32,436 nt of DNA from Anaerolineae bacterium (GTDB lineage Bacteria; Chloroflexota; Anaerolineae; Epilineales; Epilineaceae): assembly GCA_029262755.1 (NCBI GenBank), contig JAJCYU010000108.1:1-32436 (forward strand). The letters run 5' to 3'. The notes under the pieces were generated by a model. That model saw only the letters and a program-made list of their open reading frames with translations, was not told where the DNA came from and searched no databases. The translations under genes were made by a program, and so were the position numbers. Shown here in pieces: positions 9,501 through 15,500 of this stretch. The stretch's first letter is position 1; the number at the start of each line of letters is the position of its first letter.

Positions 9501-12500
9501 CACGAACACGGTCACGATCATGGCGCCCGACCAAGGCGATCCGGACGATGACAACAACATCGACCAGGAGCCGGCCTTCCTCACCTTCGCCGACCTGGAG
9601 CTGACCAAGACGGCCACGCCGTCCCAGATCCGCGAGGGCGAGCAGGTGACCTTCGAGCTCACGATCACCAACTTGGGCCGCAACACGGCCGAGAACGTCG
9701 TGGTGACCGACTTCCTGCCCGGCGGGCTTGCCTTTGCAGGCGCCGATCCGGCCGCGGAGTACAACCCGCTGCTCGGACGCTGGACGATCGGGACGCTTGC
9801 CTACGACGAAGGCACCATGACGGGCGATACCCGTACGCTGCTGATCACGGGCACCGCGGTGGCCGGCACCGGCGGCATGACGCTCACCAACATCGCCACC
9901 GTGACGGGCACCAACCTGCCCGATCCCTTCGACGAGAACAACCCGCCGAACAACAACGAAGCCACAGCCGACGTCGGGATCCTCGGCGCGGACCTCCAGA
10001 TGCTCAAGACGGCTTCGCCCGGACCCTACGTGGAGGGGGAGCTGATCACCTTCACGCTCACGGTGAACAACCTCGGGCCGGAGACGGCCGAGGCCGTGCG
10101 CGTCGTGGATCGACTGCCGACCGGGCTGGCCTACGTGGCCGACGACGGAGGCGGCGCCTACGACGGCAGCACGGGCGTCTGGACCGTGGGCGACATGCTC
10201 AACGGTGCGAGCGAGAGCCTCGTGATCTTCGCGCGGCTCCTGCCGGGCTTCGGCGGGCGGACCCTCGTCAACCGCGCGACGGCCACCTCCACGACCGGCG
10301 ATATCGACCGTACGAACAACACAGCGCGCGTTTCCATCGCGGCGCCCAGCGTCGACCTGCACGTCACGGTGATCGCACGGCCCGGCCCCTTCCCGGGGCC
10401 GTTCCAGGATCCGCCGCGCGGACCGGGTTCGTCGTCGGATGGCGGTATCTTGCCGTCGCTCGATGCAACACCGGTGCTCGCTGTTCCTGCGACGAGCGAA
10501 GGCATCGCGCCGGCATCCGAAGCGCTCGCCGGCGTACCGGGCGACGCGTCACGCACGCTCCCGTTCACGCTCGGCGCGGACGGCGTCGCGCCGCTGGTGC
10601 TCAGCGCCAGCCCGGCGCAGATCGTCGCACCGCCGCCGCCGGCCTTCCCGTTCGCGGGGCCGGCCGTCGCGGGCCACGCGCTCTTCTACGAGGTCCGCGT
10701 CCTCAACGAGGGCTCGGGCATCGCAACCAACGTCGTGCTGACCGCTTCGCTTGCGGTCGATGTGCGCTACATCGCCGACGATAACGTTCCGGCTTGTGTC
10801 GAGGCGCCCACGGGCATGCTGACGTGCCAGTTGGGCGACATCGGCCCCGGCCAGACGCGTATTCTGGTGATCCAGACCGAGGTCTCGCCGGATGCCTTCA
10901 TCACGCGGGCGCTGGCCGCGGACGAGCTCGTGCTGCCCTTCTCAGCGCGCGCCGTTTCGGACGAACCGGACACTGACTCGCCGGACAACCTGGCGCGGCA
11001 GCGGACGCTCCTCACGGAGCTGGCCGACTTGGCCGTTGCCAAGGTGAGCAAGCCGGACGATCAGGTGCGCGCCGGTGAGGTCTTCAGCTACACGATCCGC
11101 GTCGAGAACCTGGGGCCAAGCTCCGCACACGACGTGGTGGTGACGGACACGATTCTCTCCGACGGCGTCTTCCAACTCGTCGGGCCGGTTACCAACAGCC
11201 AAGATCCAGCGCGCAACGACGTATGCCGCTTGGTCCCGGCACCGGCGCCGCAATCGGGGCAGTTGATTGAGTGCCGCCTGCAAGACCGGCTCGAGCCGGT
11301 CGGCAGCGGGCTGGGCAGCGGACGCTGGACCATGCAGATCGAGGTCACGGCCGCGGAAACACAAGACATCAACAACTCCGTGCGCGTGGTCTCCGCCGAT
11401 GGCGGCATCCACGAAGCAGGGACGCCGGACCCGGATCTGCGCAACAACGAAGCGCGCGACCGGATTTCGGTGCTCGACACGGCCGATCTCGGGCTGACGA
11501 AGACCGCGGTCGGTGGCGTGCACGATCCGGCCGCCTGCGGTGTCGTAACCGTCACGCCAAACCAGGTGACGGCCGGTGACCGGGTGACCTATACGCTGAC
11601 CGCGACGAACATCGCGCCCGCGCCGGGAGCGCCGGGTGGGAGCACGGCGACCCAGGTCGTCATCGAGGACGCGCTGCCCGCGGGTGTCGAGGTGGTCTCT
11701 GTTGCGGCCGTCGGACCCAACGGGGCGGGCGGCTGCTCGCCCGGCCAGCCGGGCAACCCCGCCTCGCCGCCGCGCTGTGTGATCGACGAGCTTGCGGTGG
11801 GCGAGGCCGCCACGATGACGGTCGTCGTGACGGTCGATCCGGACTTTGTCGGCTCCTCGGATGCGAACCGACTCCACAACGGCGCCGGCACGTGGTCGGA
11901 CGAGATCGATCCCAACCGCGCGAACAACATCGCGCAAGCGACGGTCGTGGTCGGCGAAGTGGCCGACCTGATGGCCATGAAGACCAGCACACCGGGCGCG
12001 GCCGCCGCGGGCGAGGCGCTCACCTTCGAGGTGACCGTCGCCAACAACGGGCCGTCCGCGGCGCGCAACGTGATCGTGCGCGACCAGCTGCCGTCCGAGG
12101 TCACCTTCGTCTCGGCGCGGATCGAGCAGTTGCGCGGACGCGAGAGCTGCACGTATAGCAGCGGCGCCCATGAGGTCGTGTGCTCGTTGCTGGACGTGCC
12201 GGCCGGTGAGCCGCCCATGGGGCAGCGTCGCATCTTCATCGACGTGACCATCCGCCCCGATGCGGGCGCGGGCACGGCCACGAACACGGTCACCGTGTTG
12301 AGCGAGCAGACGCCCGATTGCAACCCGGACAACAACACCGACATCAGCGCGGTGAGCCTGGTGGGCGAGCTCGCGGACCTTGTGATCCGCAAGGACAGCG
12401 AGCCGACCAAGGTCTTCGCGGGCGAGCAGAAGCGCTACCACATCGAGGTCGACAACCGCGGGCCCTCGGACGCCCAGGACGTCGTGGTCTACGACGTCCT

Positions 12501-15500
12501 GCCCGATGAGACCGTGTACGAGATCGATACCAACGATCCCATGTGCACCCAGCCGAGCAACTTGCTGGCGTTCCGGGCACTGTTGGCCGGCGCCAACGAG
12601 GTGCCGCCCGTTGCCACGGAGGCGATGGGTCTGGCCACCTTCGTGCTGGATACGGATACGAACCGCTTGACCTATGCCGTACAGGTGACCGACATAAACG
12701 CCATCACCGGCGCGCACCTGCACCAGGCGCCGGCAGGCGCCAACGGCCCCGTCGTGGCCTTCCTCTTCGACGGGACGCCGCCGGACTTTGAGCCCGCCTC
12801 GCCCATCGTGGGCGAGATCGACCTCGATCCCGCCCTGGCGGCGGCGATCGAAGCCGATCCCGCGGGCTTCTACGTCAACGTGCATACGGCCGCCAACCCG
12901 GCCGGCGAGGTGCGCGGCCAGATGGCCGCCACCATCAACGCTCCGCTGCGCTGCGTGCTCGGTCGCATGGCCGCCGGCAGCAACCGGATGTTCGACATCT
13001 GGGCGCTGGTGCGGCCGGAGACCTTCTCCGGCACGACGATCACCAACGTCGCGATCGTGACGAGCCCGACGGAGCAGGTCCGTCCGCTGACCCCGACCGC
13101 GCAGGCGCCGGGTGTGCCCGGCATCTACGTGATGGGCAGCAGCAACGTCGACGCGTCGAAGAACCTCGTGCTGACCGAGGCAGACCTCAAGGTCGTCAAG
13201 TTCGGCAAGAACGACGGCCAGGTACGCGCCGGTGAGGTGCTGACCTACACCGTAATCATCGACAATCTGGGCCCGAGCTGGGCTGAAGAAGTGTCGCTCA
13301 AGGACGTGCTGCAGGCGGGCGAGACCTTTGACCTGATCGACATCACGAGCAGCCGCGACGCGGTGTGCTCGACCTTGGCCAACGGCATCACCACCACCAA
13401 CCAGATCGCGGGCACGTTGTGGCCGCCTACGCTTGCACCGCCCCCGCCCTTCGGCGTTATCGCGCCGACGGGAGTCGAGGGCATCCTGCAGCGCCTCGAG
13501 ACCGACTGCACGCTCACAGAGGGCGATGATCCGGCCACGCCGGACGTCAACGAGGCGCAGCTCGCGGTGCTCACCGCCGACGGTCCGCCCAACAGCGGAC
13601 GCTGGATTCTGACGATGCGCGTGCGCGCTCGGCAGGCCCAGGACATCGACAACGTCGCGGACGTCGTGTCGGGAATCGCCGAGGAACCGAACCTCGCCAA
13701 CAACCATGCCGAGGTCGAGCACGAGCTGACCGACGTGGCGGATCTGTCCGTGGCGAAGACCGCGACGGGCGAGGTCCAGATCGACGGCCAGCCCGGCCTC
13801 ATCTATGACACGACCGCTCCCGCGCCGGCCTTCCCGCAGGCGCCGAACTACGCCGCATCGCCCGACGAGGTCACCGCGGGACGACGCATCCGCTACCTGC
13901 TCGAGATCTTCAACGCGGGCCCGTCGGACGCGGAGAACACGTTGGTCACCGACCGCTTGCCGCCGGGCGTCACGCTCGTGCCGGGCTCCGTCATCGTGAC
14001 CGTCGACGGGCGCGGCGTGCTGCCGGCCGGAGCGTGCCAGACCGGCACGCCCGGCGATCCGCTCGATCGCCTCACCTGCGGGCTGGGCACCTTGCTCGGC
14101 GTAGAGGTCGGGCGCGACCCGGCCGTGCGCCGCGCGGCGACCATCCAATTCGACGTGCTCGTAGATCCGGCGACGCCGCCCAACGCGGTGTTGGAGAACG
14201 ACGCCGACGTGACGTCGGACGTCTTCGATCCTGACAACCGCAACAACCATGCGTTTGCTCAGACTGCCGTCACGACCCGCGCCGACATGGCGGCCGTGAA
14301 GTCCGCGGTCGGCGAGAACGTGACGGGCTACAGCATCGCGCTTCAGCAGTTCATCGTCGAGGATCTCGCGGACCAGGTTACGGCGGGCATGTTGCTGCGC
14401 TACGAGGTCACGGTGCAGAACGCCGGCCCGAGCGACGCGCGCAACGTCCAAGTGCTGGACGTTCTGCCGCCGACGAGCCAGGTTCAGTACTTGCGCACCG
14501 TCGGCGCCCATTGTCGCCCGGACGATGTCCAGGCCAACGTGTTGGTGTGCGAGCTGGGCGACATGCCGGCCGGCGCGCGCCGCACCTTCGAAATCTTCGT
14601 GCGGGTCGATCCGGCCGTGCCGGACGGCACCGTGCTGGTCAACGGTGTGCAGGTGTTGGAGGGCAGCTCCTCACCGCCCTTCCCGCCGCCGCCGCTCTTC
14701 CCGCCCGCGGCGGCCTTCCCGCCGGTGCTGCCCATCACGGCCGATCCCTTCGCGCCCGACAACTTCGCGGTCCAAAACACGGTGGTCAACGCCGTGGCGG
14801 ATGTCGGCGGCCCGGGTGGCGGTGTCGGAGGCGGGGCCGTGGGCGGCGACGACTTCATTGCCAAGCGCGATGTTCCGGCGCGGCCCGATCTCGACATGGC
14901 CTTCGAGCCCGATCGAGCCTTGGCCGGCAACGAGCATCGTTACCGGATCGCGTTCGGCAATGCCGGTCCGAGTGTCGCGACGAACGTCGTGATCACCGAT
15001 ACGCTTGACTTCAAGCAGGCGGGCATCGCGGGCGAGACCTTCGTACGCTGCGAGCCGCTCGATCCGGACGACCAGGTCACCTGTAGCTACGATCCCGTAG
15101 CGAACATCGTCACGGTTGAGGAATTCCTGGACCACAACGAGCCGATTATCACCGGCGGCAGCGGCACCTTGCCGCCCGGCCTCGGCTTCGACTTCTACCT
15201 GATCACGTTGGTGGATTCGGGCTACGTGCTGGACGCCGCGGATGTGGCGCCGGCAGGTCCGTTCAACAGCGAGTCGGGCGCCGTGGCGCGCAATACGGTC
15301 TTCATCCAGACCGCAACCACCGACTTCCGGCAGACCAACAACCGCGATACCGAGCGCACGCTGATCGTGGCCGAGGCTGATCTGGCCATCGGCAAGACCG
15401 ATCTGGTGGGCAACTTCTTGACCTGCGATCCCGTAATGCGCGGCGGGATGATCACCTACACGCTCACGATCACGAACACCGGACCGTCCGACGCCGCGGA

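Noticed and set aside
10942..14511. 1189-aa minus-strand ORF (also 8278-10362, 16354-18033, 4594-5733, 28436-29815)
   Set aside because: Antisense shadows of real GC-rich genes: Arg/Gly/Val/His-rich, no recognisable motifs, fully overlapping well-supported CDSs.
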